From a virus, in the IMG/VR virus record IMGVR_UViG_3300046534_001374, positions 32,001 through 96,000 of that record: a stretch of DNA of 64,000 nt, one strand, 5' to 3'. The notes beneath the pieces were generated by a model. The model was not told where the DNA came from. It ran no database searches and saw only the letters and a program-made list of their open reading frames with translations. The position numbers and the translations under genes are program-made. How positions within the stretch are numbered: position 1 is the first letter of the stretch; each line of letters begins with the position of its first letter. Positions 23,855-34,206 of this stretch are shown here, piece by piece.

Positions 23855-24370
23855 ATGAGCAATCCGTGGGAAACAAATCATGAAAAATTGGCAACCGTTT
23901 TCCAAGAAGGAATTCTTGATAGAATTGGGTCGAAGGTGAGGAAACCTTTTAGAGCTATGGGTAATCTTGCATCTGGTCTTAGTAAGGGCGTAATGCATAA
24001 CCCCCAAGTAAAACAAATTGAAGATTATATAAATAGAAAATATCAGGAAATAGAAAATGATATTGGCCAACTTATTAAAGACTCTCCCCAAAAAGTAGAA
24101 ATGGGCGATTCTATCATAGAACTAAAAAAATCGTTTGAAGGGTTTAATACGAAGGTTGAAGAAATTTACACTAGGGAGCAGAGAGGTGAACAAGATAAAT
24201 TAAATCAAATAGACCCTACTAGACAACAGCCCCAGCAGAATTCTACACCACCACCTCTCCCTCAACAACAACAGCCCCAGCAGAATTCTACACCACCCCC
24301 TCTCCCTCAACAACAAACCTCGCGTCAACGTCAACAACGCCAACGCCGCCGTCAACTCGGCCTATACTAA
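23855..24370 (+). CDS. late protein with Q/P-rich tail
   Basis: TAATTA upstream; FQE-GILD motif. Confidence 0.7.
   Translation: MSNPWETNHEKLATVFQEGILDRIGSKVRKPFRAMGNLASGLSKGVMHNPQVKQIEDYINRKYQEIENDIGQLIKDSPQKVEMGDSIIELKKSFEGFNTKVEEIYTREQRGEQDKLNQIDPTRQQPQQNSTPPPLPQQQQPQQNSTPPPLPQQQTSRQRQQRQRRRQLGLY
24223..24316. repeat. 45-bp tandem duplication (QQPQQNSTPPPLPQQ x2)
   Basis: Near-identical units at 24223 and 24268. Confidence 0.85.
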
Positions 24371-24405
24371 TACGGCCCATATAGCAGAAATAGATAATTA
24401 CAATT

Positions 24406-24939
24406 ATGGCTAATATTGATTTTGATGACCTAGAACCGCTAGCTTGCCCTTTGGTGACCCAACCGGACAACAACACCTGTATAGGTGATTTGATTAAGCA
24501 GTATGCATATAATTTAGCAATACTTGAAAGAGCATTGTTGAAAACTGTCGTGGCTGCGGGGATGCTCCAATATTTTATGGGGGGTTTGAGTAAGATCCCT
24601 AAAGGATATGTTATTGCCGATGGTTCTTGGTATAGTCCCGAAACTTTTCCCAACCTTTTTGCCAATATCAAATACATCCACGGCAAAAGAGAAGATGGTT
24701 GTTTTAGAGTTCCAGATTTAAGATCAACCATTCTGGTTGGTTTGGACATGAATAGAAAATGTCTGACTGATGTTAACGAGTATGTAGGTTTAGATGTTAA
24801 CGGCGATCCGGTCGAAGGTGATAATGTAGGTGCATCCAGAACCTATTGCCAGAGTCCTAACATTGGGCAAGAGTGCGATAGTCTAGTTAAAAAGAAATTA
24901 GCCATACCCCTTATATCTACGGGGGAGATATGCCTCTAA
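24406..24939 (+). CDS. tail collar domain protein
   Basis: IPKGYVIADG..FPNLFANI..FRVPDLR. Confidence 0.85.
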   Translation: MANIDFDDLEPLACPLVTQPDNNTCIGDLIKQYAYNLAILERALLKTVVAAGMLQYFMGGLSKIPKGYVIADGSWYSPETFPNLFANIKYIHGKREDGCFRVPDLRSTILVGLDMNRKCLTDVNEYVGLDVNGDPVEGDNVGASRTYCQSPNIGQECDSLVKKKLAIPLISTGEICL

Positions 24940-24978
24940 AACTTGATTTAGTTTTTATATTCCATAAATACTGCCCTA

Positions 24979-25329
24979 GTGGATATTATTTACAATAAAA
25001 TTCTGTGTGAGTTGCTATCTAAGCCGCTCACTATAGAACATAAAGACAAAGTCGTTAAAAAGGGAACTTTACTGAATTGGAAATGTAATCCCTTTTTCAT
25101 GGAGCTAATCATCAAGACTGAAAAGAAGGACGAGTCGGTCAAGCTACTATACCCATTTAAACTCGAATCATATTATAATGATGAGGGTGATATGTTATCC
25201 GAGGTATATTTTGACTATAGGTTATCCACTTTTAATGAAAGTATGAAAACCGATTTTAAGAAACTCGATATCGAGAAATTTAGTTATCATAAATATACGG
25301 ATACGATTTTAAGTATAATCGTTGACTAA
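24979..25329 (+). CDS. hypothetical protein
   Basis: ORF after TAAATA. Confidence 0.7.
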   Translation: MDIIYNKILCELLSKPLTIEHKDKVVKKGTLLNWKCNPFFMELIIKTEKKDESVKLLYPFKLESYYNDEGDMLSEVYFDYRLSTFNESMKTDFKKLDIEKFSYHKYTDTILSIIVD

Positions 25330-25358
25330 TTTTTGAATCCCACATACTAAATAGAATT

Positions 25359-26420
25359 ATGGCCGAAACCAATCCTTGTAAATGTGCAGACCCATCTGTA
25401 GGTCCGACTAAATCAACCGCATCTTCATTTTCCTTTCAAATTTGTGATGGTATGGAGTTGGTTTCTGTTCCTGCCTCTAGCATTGCCGACTATATCATAA
25501 ATGTTATTTATGGTAATACCGAAGGGGAACCTCCTGCGGAAGGTTGTTATAACGTCTGTTATGATGGTAGTGGTAATAGATCTATTAATTTGGCGGAATC
25601 ACCTAGATTGCAATCTGAATATGTTTTACAAACCCAAGAAACATTATTTCCTATTGTAGAGGGTGACCCAAATGCACGAATATCTTGGAATTTACCAAAT
25701 CCTTCTTTCCTCGCATTCACCCAACAACCCCCCACTGGTTTTATACCGACTTATGCTAAACTAAAATTTACTTCATACTTTGGGGGTAGTGGTGGTAAGA
25801 TTGTTGAAATTTTAGATAAATACGAAAACCCTGTTTATAGACTTGTTGGGGATAATAGTGATGATGACGGTGCGCATACTGGTGAAGTTTGGGTTCCGGT
25901 GGATGATAATGGTGGGAATGTCGGGGTCTTCTTGAGTGGTGTTACTAACAATGCTTATGTTAATATTAAACTGGTAGGCTTTACTAATGCGGCTATTTTA
26001 ACTTCCGATGGAACGGTTATCGGAGACATTGGTGATGGTGGTGATGGTGGGTCTGGAAATATTACAGAAACTACTACTGACCCTCTAGGGATTACCTACC
26101 TTAAACATGAATACAATTCTGGTTCTGTTGACATTACCGTTATCGAATTTACGAAAGACACAACTCTATTAGAGGGCACTGATGATTATACTATCCTAGT
26201 TGATTTTGGGGGTAACGATATAAGAAGTGTTACCGTCCCTCACACAACATCAACTAGCCCGAAACAAAGAGTCACTATAAATTGGACTGTGGACAAAGCA
26301 CTCCGTGTTGAAGTTAAAGCTAAGTCGCCTACCGCAAGTGGGAGTGTTCGGTCTTCCGATACCGGAAGTATAGATGCTTCGATTACTATACCTAAAGATA
26401 TTACAACACAGACTATTTAA
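25359..26420 (+). CDS. putative tail/fibre structural protein
   Basis: Gly/Thr/Asp-rich beta domains; TAAATA-N5-ATG. Confidence 0.6.
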   Translation: MAETNPCKCADPSVGPTKSTASSFSFQICDGMELVSVPASSIADYIINVIYGNTEGEPPAEGCYNVCYDGSGNRSINLAESPRLQSEYVLQTQETLFPIVEGDPNARISWNLPNPSFLAFTQQPPTGFIPTYAKLKFTSYFGGSGGKIVEILDKYENPVYRLVGDNSDDDGAHTGEVWVPVDDNGGNVGVFLSGVTNNAYVNIKLVGFTNAAILTSDGTVIGDIGDGGDGGSGNITETTTDPLGITYLKHEYNSGSVDITVIEFTKDTTLLEGTDDYTILVDFGGNDIRSVTVPHTTSTSPKQRVTINWTVDKALRVEVKAKSPTASGSVRSSDTGSIDASITIPKDITTQTI

Positions 26421-26555
26421 ATGAACGACGAATTACTAGAAGAATTAATCGGTTATCTACATGACTATAAAGATTTACTACAAGAAGTAGATTTTACCCC
26501 ACTAGATGATGATATCACCGAAACAATAAAGCAACTTGAAGTGTTGCTTGACTAG
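26421..26555 (+). CDS. 44-aa acidic hypothetical protein
   Basis: MNDELLEELIGYLHDYKDL...LD*, abuts previous stop. Confidence 0.5.
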   Translation: MNDELLEELIGYLHDYKDLLQEVDFTPLDDDITETIKQLEVLLD

Positions 26556-26576
26556 ACGTTTGCCATAATTAAATGT

Positions 26577-29500
26577 GTGGACACAAATGGCAATATAACT
26601 TTACCCGTTAATTCAGGAGATCCTTTATTCGATCTCCTGAATTGTTATATCGATGCGTTTGGTGAAGAAATTCCTAACAGTGTATACTTGGACCCCTTTA
26701 CCAAGGACGAATTTGCCTTTGAACTTTTTACTAAAACTGGTAAATATTTAGGGGAAGATCTGTTCTTCATAAATTCAGAAGAGACCGAACCAGTAACCAC
26801 ATTAACAAATGAAATATCTACAGGTAATAATATATTTAACCCTTTTCAGAACCTTGGCAACGGCGCAAATGCTTCTTTCCCAATTGCCAGCAGTGATATC
26901 GGAGCTACCTCCGGTTCTTCTTTAGCTACATCTGATATTGTCTGGCAGTTTGTAGATGGTGAATTGGAAGGTGCGTGGTATAAAAAGTTTGACGAGGAAT
27001 TTTCGGCAGATCCGATTTGCCTTAAACTACAAGTCGGAACTTTTGAATTAAGATATCCGTATGGCGATAGGGGGACTTTGGATGACGAAGACGGTTGGTC
27101 TGGTCGTGGTTTGGATAACTGCCAAAGATCGGTTTACCTAGGCCAAGAAGACCAGATAACACAAGAAGCCTTGGAAGAACTTTACTGGAACGAACCAGCC
27201 GAATTATCAACAACACCGTCTATTGCACTTAATGATACTACGTTGATTGATGACGGTGCTTATGCGGATAAGAATATTTTTTATGCGGATCAGATTCAGG
27301 TAAAAACTGACAGAGATGCGGATACGGGTGAATTCGCATGGCTGTATGATTTTGACCATACCGAACTTCCTATTATCTGCGGTCTGAATCAGATCTACTG
27401 GCCTTTGTTTAGATATGACGACGAGACAAGGGAATTCCCCTTTAAGATATCTAACGAGCAGGTAGAGGACATTGCTCTTACTTCAATTAACCTGAACAAA
27501 ACCATGTGCGGAGCAGTGGCTGGTTTGACACCAGAAACATCAGATCAATTTTATAAGAAGTCTGGTTTTTGTGGAAGCGGGACCGAAGGGGCTTGGTTGA
27601 AAGGTTGTGATGTAGAACCTTTAGGTGAGGACATCTACCCTCCTGCTATTCCTGAAGAACTTTGTCAAGGACTTACTTTCTTTTTAGAAGACGATGAGGT
27701 GTTTGTTACCGGTTCTTGCGTCATACCTCCCGTAGTATACATTCCCGACGAAGGTTGTGGAGACCCCCTATTTACAGGAACTTCGGTTATCGGTTTCGAA
27801 AACGCAGTGTATGAAGGAACACCCGAAATTAAGATCAGAAAAAATATTTTCGAATGGGGCGTTCCGGTTTCTGGCGGAAAAAACAAAATAGAATTCGAAC
27901 CTGTAAGTTTTTCAGAGGTTTCTTTCGATCAGTCTTTTAAGATTGGTGATCTGTCATATTTAAATGAGATTGTCCAAGGCGGTAGTTATGTTGATACGGT
28001 TGATGTTGTGTTGAGCTTATCGATAGGAAATAATATTCAGGAATTTACTTTTCCTTTTGATATTACCGAGACCACAAACAATTCGTCGAACCCTATTGAA
28101 AATGCTGACACCATAACGATAACCAAGCCAGCAACCCAAACCGTTTTCACTTTATATGGTGTTGCTTATACTTTAGAAATATTTTTTAAAGAAGGCTTAA
28201 CCGAAGGTGGTTTTGCCAAAGAAACCGAGTTGTTTGCCAACGAACAAGCTACTGCTACTACCGAATTATTTGCGAAACTAACAACTATAGAATCGCAGGA
28301 ACAAACTAATTCTTATACCTATAAGGTGTTCTCGTTTGAGCCTAAGGTTGGTTTTGACTATAGCCTTGATGTAACTGGGTGTGTTTTAACTGTCGTTGGT
28401 GATGAAACCGAGGGTATTGCTCGGGAGGAAAACATATTCCAAATAGAAACTGATGGGACCGACTTTATTAGTTTTTATGAAGATGGTGTAAAGAAATCGG
28501 AGCTACTTGCACCATTAATGATACTTTGTTATAGAAATAAAGTAAGATCTTTAACTGGTGCTTCGAGGCAGACGGGTCTGCATATGATGGCTCCGACAGG
28601 GGGGGATACTCATTTCTTTTGGGAGTTTCCTGATTCCGATATCACCGATGTTATCAATGGTTATGATCATGATGATTATTGTGAATACGGAAAGTTAGAC
28701 TCTTACAAATCCATTGTTGATGCTAAACTTGGTGAAGAGACCAATGAATGGAAAAAATGTAATTGTAAAGCGGTTTACCATTCACCTATAGGTAATAGTT
28801 TTGAAGGTGTCGCGGGATTTGATGATTATAAAGAATACTCCGACATTATTTTTTCAGACAGCGGTGTTGAGCCGTTCTCTTTTTCTACTTGGGTTGGTCC
28901 TGATGGTAAAGATTATAGAACCAGTGATTACTTCGCAGTATTCAAATACTCTGGGAGGGAACCCGATGTTGGTTACGGTATAGGTTACTGGGAGACTCTT
29001 TCGGGAAAATCCATGAAACTTGAAAGAGGTAATAGTTATGTTTATCGTCGTGCTTCTTTCGATGGTTGTGATGATAATAAACCGCCTTGTTTGGTGGTTC
29101 AAAATTGTCACTGTTATGATAACTGTAATGATTCTGTGTGTAAACCCCAGTGGACTAAACTAGTCCAAGAACCTGATGGTTCGTGGGTCGATACTGGAGA
29201 GCCTAGCGATATGATACTTGAGGCCGGTCAGTTCTACGAATATGAGAAACAAGGATCTATAAATTACACCCTACATAAAGAAGACGGAACCTCTTACGAT
29301 AGGACAACACCCACTTCCAGCTTCTCTATGAATGTCCCTTTTAAAGAAAGCAGTCCTTTCTGGGCTTCTTCCCCAACTGTGGGTTCGTTAAACATTGGAC
29401 TAGGTCCGCTTGAAAGCTCAGACTATCTTTTAACAACCCAACCAGATCCTAGTGAAATTATTATAGACAATGATAACTACATCAAAATTGTTAGAAACAA

Positions 29501-30032
29501 ATGCGAACCCTTCGTGTGGAAACAACCACTTACCTCTACTATAGATCTGGAAAAACCCCCTGTTTGGAAAAAACTTAATTTTAGTTTCACCAACCCCAAG
29601 CTACTACAAAAGATTGTGGGGTGTGGTAACTGTGAATTGGTGTTTGATGATACCCCCGATTCTTGTTTTTTGAAGGAAGCTAATTGTAATTCATATATCG
29701 GGTATGTTGAGGAAACTAACGAAGATTCTGATATGATTATCAGAACTGCTTCCAATTGCAATAATAATACAGAACTCTATTATTCCGCCCAAAATGATTT
29801 TATATGGACAAACGACGTAGTCAATACTACGGACGTGGTAAATCCTGTTTCAGAGGTTTACGTTGAAGCAGAGCAGCCTTGGGCTAATTACCTAAACAAA
29901 GACAAAGCCGTTGTTCGGGTAAAGGAAACTGATACCCATCTCAAAACTAAAGACGAACTGGGTGTGTTTGTTCCTAAAAACATCGGCGTGAATAAGCTCC
30001 AGTGTTTTGGCCAAGAAAATGAATTAGTATAA
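26577..30032 (+). CDS. large Cys-rich virion protein with choice-of-anchor K-like insert
   Basis: 1151 aa; TAATTA-N5-GTG; WG.P..F.IG.L.Y.N..F.I.ET.N..AD motif string. Confidence 0.6.
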   Translation: MDTNGNITLPVNSGDPLFDLLNCYIDAFGEEIPNSVYLDPFTKDEFAFELFTKTGKYLGEDLFFINSEETEPVTTLTNEISTGNNIFNPFQNLGNGANASFPIASSDIGATSGSSLATSDIVWQFVDGELEGAWYKKFDEEFSADPICLKLQVGTFELRYPYGDRGTLDDEDGWSGRGLDNCQRSVYLGQEDQITQEALEELYWNEPAELSTTPSIALNDTTLIDDGAYADKNIFYADQIQVKTDRDADTGEFAWLYDFDHTELPIICGLNQIYWPLFRYDDETREFPFKISNEQVEDIALTSINLNKTMCGAVAGLTPETSDQFYKKSGFCGSGTEGAWLKGCDVEPLGEDIYPPAIPEELCQGLTFFLEDDEVFVTGSCVIPPVVYIPDEGCGDPLFTGTSVIGFENAVYEGTPEIKIRKNIFEWGVPVSGGKNKIEFEPVSFSEVSFDQSFKIGDLSYLNEIVQGGSYVDTVDVVLSLSIGNNIQEFTFPFDITETTNNSSNPIENADTITITKPATQTVFTLYGVAYTLEIFFKEGLTEGGFAKETELFANEQATATTELFAKLTTIESQEQTNSYTYKVFSFEPKVGFDYSLDVTGCVLTVVGDETEGIAREENIFQIETDGTDFISFYEDGVKKSELLAPLMILCYRNKVRSLTGASRQTGLHMMAPTGGDTHFFWEFPDSDITDVINGYDHDDYCEYGKLDSYKSIVDAKLGEETNEWKKCNCKAVYHSPIGNSFEGVAGFDDYKEYSDIIFSDSGVEPFSFSTWVGPDGKDYRTSDYFAVFKYSGREPDVGYGIGYWETLSGKSMKLERGNSYVYRRASFDGCDDNKPPCLVVQNCHCYDNCNDSVCKPQWTKLVQEPDGSWVDTGEPSDMILEAGQFYEYEKQGSINYTLHKEDGTSYDRTTPTSSFSMNVPFKESSPFWASSPTVGSLNIGLGPLESSDYLLTTQPDPSEIIIDNDNYIKIVRNKCEPFVWKQPLTSTIDLEKPPVWKKLNFSFTNPKLLQKIVGCGNCELVFDDTPDSCFLKEANCNSYIGYVEETNEDSDMIIRTASNCNNNTELYYSAQNDFIWTNDVVNTTDVVNPVSEVYVEAEQPWANYLNKDKAVVRVKETDTHLKTKDELGVFVPKNIGVNKLQCFGQENELV

Positions 30033-32188
30033 TGTTATTTAATCCGCTTACAGATTTTCCTTCTTCCGAAGAAGTTATTAAAGACACAAATTCTATCAAT
30101 GCGATAAATTTAAATGGTCAACGATATCTATTTGCCGTGTGGTTGGATAATGGCAAACAAAAAATTCAAATACCAAGCAAATATCTTAATGAATTAAAAA
30201 TAGTTGATACTTTGTCTGAGTTTAAAACTTCTGGATCTCTTACCTACAGAGACCCAAATTTTAGTATTTTTAGATTGTTGTCCAAATTGGTTAATATATT
30301 AGATGACGGCTGTATCAAAAATACCGAAGCCGAACGACAGAAAGTTACAGATTTTGCTTTTAGAGGTTCTGGTAGTGAGAGAATACATATTAAACTGTTG
30401 CCTATATCGGGTGATGGTGATGTTGATGTGTTGAAAACTCAACAAAAAATGTCTTCAGGCGGATGGACTATTAAACAAACTTTCGTTATAACTAAAATCG
30501 AAAACACCCCTTCTCCGCTTTCTGCGAAAAACTACCGAATCGACTTTGAGGATGTAATAACGCACGTATTAGAGAGTTACAGAATTACGGAATTCCCATG
30601 TAGTTCAATTGGGAAGAACGGAATTCCTGAAGAAATAGTTTCGGTGTCTGATTCTCAAACGGGAACGACCAAACCAGATAAACCCGCAATCGAACCGGAT
30701 GGGTCGAAACAAGAAACGAGTTCGGGTGAGGGTATTTCGGGTTCCCCTACGGAAACACCTCCTTCGGAAAACTCCCCCAATACAGCCGCTCAGGAGGCTT
30801 CTGGTGCTAGCGCGGACCCAGAAGAGACATCTAATGAGACATCGGGCTATCCGACACACGGAGAAGGAAAAAACTCCGTTGATGCCGCAAAAACGGGAGA
30901 GGCTATTTATTGGATTATCCATAAAGCATTAACAGAATATTACGTTAAAACTGGATTTGATGTTCGGGGATACTTACCTAAGATCAAATTTAAAAATGGT
31001 GAATATGTTGTTGACGATATTGAATTAAAAGGCAAAAAGACTAACCGCATCAAGACCAAAACAGGTATGGTGAAGACGGTGCTTGACAAGAATCCTGAAG
31101 ATGTGTGGGATTTCGGACCTAATGATAGTTTGTTATTAGCCACTCTAAATGGAGTGGGTGGCACCCATTTACTGTTAGACAAATTTCTAAAGATTCATGT
31201 TTCGGGCGTTGAACACGAAAAATCTGAATTCCTAGATCCCGAAAATAAATCACTCTCAAATCTTAACTGGGAACCTTGCTTATTACATAAAACTAGACCC
31301 GCCAACGAAAACGATAGCCTCACAATAACACTAAGACCCATCTCCTCATGGATGAATAACTTTGGATCTCTTGATGGGGATATTGGCGATGAATATATGG
31401 ACTCTTTCACCTTCAAAAACGAAGAGGATTTTATAAACAAAAGCCTCGGAACTATTAAAGGGTTTATAAACAATTTAACCTTTTGTGAAAATATTGATGC
31501 TAAGGCAAAAAACGTAGCCACACCTATTGATAGGTTTGTTTACGATCCTTTAAGTCCTGAAGACTCTGTTAAATTTATTGTTCCTCATATTGCAGAGCAC
31601 AATGGCCCTAGAAAAGCATACATAGCTGAAGTTGAAGGTGGTTTTGAATATTGTAAAAAATATGTGTCCGAACTATATATTAAAGCTTTCGCACCTAAAA
31701 AAGATTCAAAACACAGACACGGTATGGTCAATATTGATGACGACCAGAATCTAAAGAATCAAGATGCCAATGTTAAAATTAGAATCCAAAATAGAATACC
31801 AACTAAAACTTCTTTGGTTGCTTTGGGTAGAAATCGTCTGATTAAAAATATCATATTCTTTAATGATCTTTTAAGCTTTAGAATAGAAGGCTCTACCCAT
31901 AGACAAAGTGGCAACTTCTTTAGTGTTGACCTAGCTGGCGGAACGGACCCCTTTGACGAAAATCTAAATAGATTGCTCGGTGTTTGGTGGTGCGCGCAGG
32001 TAACTCACGAAATCGATTTTCGAGATAACACATATATGAACGAGATCACTGGAGTTAAATTCCATAGATACAACTCAGATATTGAAAGCCTACCTACGGA
32101 TAACTCCGAAGATTTAGATATAGGTATTCCTAGACCTTCTGATGGGCTAACATTACCTAGTGGTATTGGCGATACTGTAATTTCTTAA
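30032..32188 (+). CDS. baseplate hub protein (gp27-like)
   Basis: N-terminal SGSLTYRD; C-terminal IEG..RQSG..LLG.W...VTH. Confidence 0.55.
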   Translation: MLFNPLTDFPSSEEVIKDTNSINAINLNGQRYLFAVWLDNGKQKIQIPSKYLNELKIVDTLSEFKTSGSLTYRDPNFSIFRLLSKLVNILDDGCIKNTEAERQKVTDFAFRGSGSERIHIKLLPISGDGDVDVLKTQQKMSSGGWTIKQTFVITKIENTPSPLSAKNYRIDFEDVITHVLESYRITEFPCSSIGKNGIPEEIVSVSDSQTGTTKPDKPAIEPDGSKQETSSGEGISGSPTETPPSENSPNTAAQEASGASADPEETSNETSGYPTHGEGKNSVDAAKTGEAIYWIIHKALTEYYVKTGFDVRGYLPKIKFKNGEYVVDDIELKGKKTNRIKTKTGMVKTVLDKNPEDVWDFGPNDSLLLATLNGVGGTHLLLDKFLKIHVSGVEHEKSEFLDPENKSLSNLNWEPCLLHKTRPANENDSLTITLRPISSWMNNFGSLDGDIGDEYMDSFTFKNEEDFINKSLGTIKGFINNLTFCENIDAKAKNVATPIDRFVYDPLSPEDSVKFIVPHIAEHNGPRKAYIAEVEGGFEYCKKYVSELYIKAFAPKKDSKHRHGMVNIDDDQNLKNQDANVKIRIQNRIPTKTSLVALGRNRLIKNIIFFNDLLSFRIEGSTHRQSGNFFSVDLAGGTDPFDENLNRLLGVWWCAQVTHEIDFRDNTYMNEITGVKFHRYNSDIESLPTDNSEDLDIGIPRPSDGLTLPSGIGDTVIS

Positions 32189-34197
32189 TAGGTGGGTATA
32201 TTGTAGTTTTGAACGTAATGGGTGTGTCGTAAACTCTTAGTAGTTTCATTTGATGAACCGCCATTGAAAATATTTGTATCGCCTCTGTCTGGAGCGTCAT
32301 TACTAGCTAGTGTGGCCGCAGTGATTGCTTGTGCATTTTCTTTATTGGCTGCTAACATTTCTAAATGTCTTTTATTACTCAGTTCCGTTTCTTCTCTTGC
32401 ACGATCTTTTAGTGCTTTTTGTTCTTTTTCGTATTTCTTTTTAGCTACCCGTTCACCAGACTCCTTAGCAAGGGCATCAGATTCTACCAACGCTTCATAC
32501 AATGCCTTCTCTATACCAACTGTATCGATTGTATCAACACCAGCTTTATCGAGATCAAACCCGTCAAGTCCAAGAACACCTAGAGCCTGTTGTGTAGCCC
32601 ATGGTAATTTTTTTATTACCGCATTAGCTGCCGTCTGTATTGCTAGTGGAATGGTGTTAATGAATTCTGTGATAGAATTCACAGCGTAAGAGAAGCGGAG
32701 TTTAAACCTTAAGATTGATTTTGTAAATGTATTTTTAATTTCTCTAAAGAAAAGACTTTGTGCGAATATATCCCAGATGTTCTTCATGCCATCTAAAACA
32801 GCACCCCAGAATTTCTTAAATAACCCAAAATACCATACCCCAAAATTCTTAATAACATCAACGCTCTTGCTGGCGAATTTCAAACCACCTCCATTTCTAA
32901 AGAAATCAAACGTGGCAATGACCCACCCAATGGCTGGCCCAAATAACATTTCACCACCTTCTTTTAATAGATCAATCGCGTCATCAACATCCCCGCCATT
33001 TTTAGCAGTGAACAACCCGAAAACCCCTTTGAATAGATTTGTGATTCCTTTGAAGAACTTGTTATTCATGAACCATGCCTTAATACCTGCGAAAAATCCC
33101 TTGCCTTGATTTTGTCTTTGGTCCCTAGTGGTTGTTAAATCCCTATAAGCAGAGAATAAATCTATACCTAAAGCCACTGCGTTTCCGATTACAGGAATTA
33201 TCGGCGCAATACCCGCTGCAATATCAAGCATACCCCCTACCACGTCACCATCTTTAAATCTAGAATAGGCAAAGCCAAACGAGATAATAGACCCCAATCC
33301 GGGAATTGCACTAAATGCAATTCTCGCACCCTTGCCCGCAAATTTACCCAATTTACCCAATTTACCCAAACCTACTTTTAATAAACCTATGACGTTTTTA
33401 AACATACCCTTTGCGGGTAACTTGCCTGTCACAAAATTAAAAATACCTTTTAAGCCACCACCCACCTTTTTGAGTATGGGCTTAAAAACGTTATCCATCA
33501 AGTTAGTTAAAATACCAGCCCCGAATTTAAAAATAGATGTTCCGATCATTTTTAAAGTTCCCTTCAACCTACCATCGGTCATAAAACCTTCAAAAAGTAA
33601 AGCGGCACCAACAGCTAAGGCACCAACAGCTACGCCAGCCATGGCTAACCATTTTAAAATTCCACCCAATTTACCTTTGGGTTTTTCCGAATCTCTACCC
33701 GATAATGAAACATTAGTTGCTGATACCGAACCCAATTTTTCTAATAAACCTTCTTGAACACTTGCGATATGCACGGGCATAGCTTTTCCTGTTCTTTCGG
33801 TTGTGAAATCATCGGGCAACGGTGGTGGTGTAGCTACACCCATGTTTAAACTTTTAAGAACTCTAGGAAGAATATGTGCAAGAACAACTTCTTTGGGTGG
33901 GTCTTTTGGGTTTTCGGTTGTAAACTTGTTATCGCTTGCGACTGTTTGGAGATTAACTTTATTTTCAAAGTTATCTATAAAAGTGTTTAATGCCTTTTCG
34001 TATCTCTTTTTGAAATTAGTAAACTTACTACTATTAATCTGAAATATATCAGACATAGCAAATGGTTTATTGTCAGTGGAAATACTTTTAAGCTTATCGA
34101 AAAATGGCACAAATGCACTCGAAAGCTGATCTTCGAAATAGCCATTCCCTTTCGCTGCATCCAATACGGATGCTATTTCTGCTAAATTCAGTTCCAT
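32185..34197 (-). CDS. tape-measure / gp29-like protein
   Basis: Gly/Lys-rich amphipathic repeats, IPGLG. Confidence 0.65.
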   Translation of the reverse strand: MELNLAEIASVLDAAKGNGYFEDQLSSAFVPFFDKLKSISTDNKPFAMSDIFQINSSKFTNFKKRYEKALNTFIDNFENKVNLQTVASDNKFTTENPKDPPKEVVLAHILPRVLKSLNMGVATPPPLPDDFTTERTGKAMPVHIASVQEGLLEKLGSVSATNVSLSGRDSEKPKGKLGGILKWLAMAGVAVGALAVGAALLFEGFMTDGRLKGTLKMIGTSIFKFGAGILTNLMDNVFKPILKKVGGGLKGIFNFVTGKLPAKGMFKNVIGLLKVGLGKLGKLGKFAGKGARIAFSAIPGLGSIISFGFAYSRFKDGDVVGGMLDIAAGIAPIIPVIGNAVALGIDLFSAYRDLTTTRDQRQNQGKGFFAGIKAWFMNNKFFKGITNLFKGVFGLFTAKNGGDVDDAIDLLKEGGEMLFGPAIGWVIATFDFFRNGGGLKFASKSVDVIKNFGVWYFGLFKKFWGAVLDGMKNIWDIFAQSLFFREIKNTFTKSILRFKLRFSYAVNSITEFINTIPLAIQTAANAVIKKLPWATQQALGVLGLDGFDLDKAGVDTIDTVGIEKALYEALVESDALAKESGERVAKKKYEKEQKALKDRAREETELSNKRHLEMLAANKENAQAITAATLASNDAPDRGDTNIFNGGSSNETTKSLRHTHYVQNYNIPTY

Positions 34198-34206
34198 CTA
34201 ATTTAA

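Noticed and set aside
32222-34042. Plus-strand ORFs opposite the tape-measure gene, and similar shadow ORFs (e.g. 14196, 17679, 50840, 58361)
   Set aside because: Antisense shadows of well-supported genes with no promoter motif or family features.
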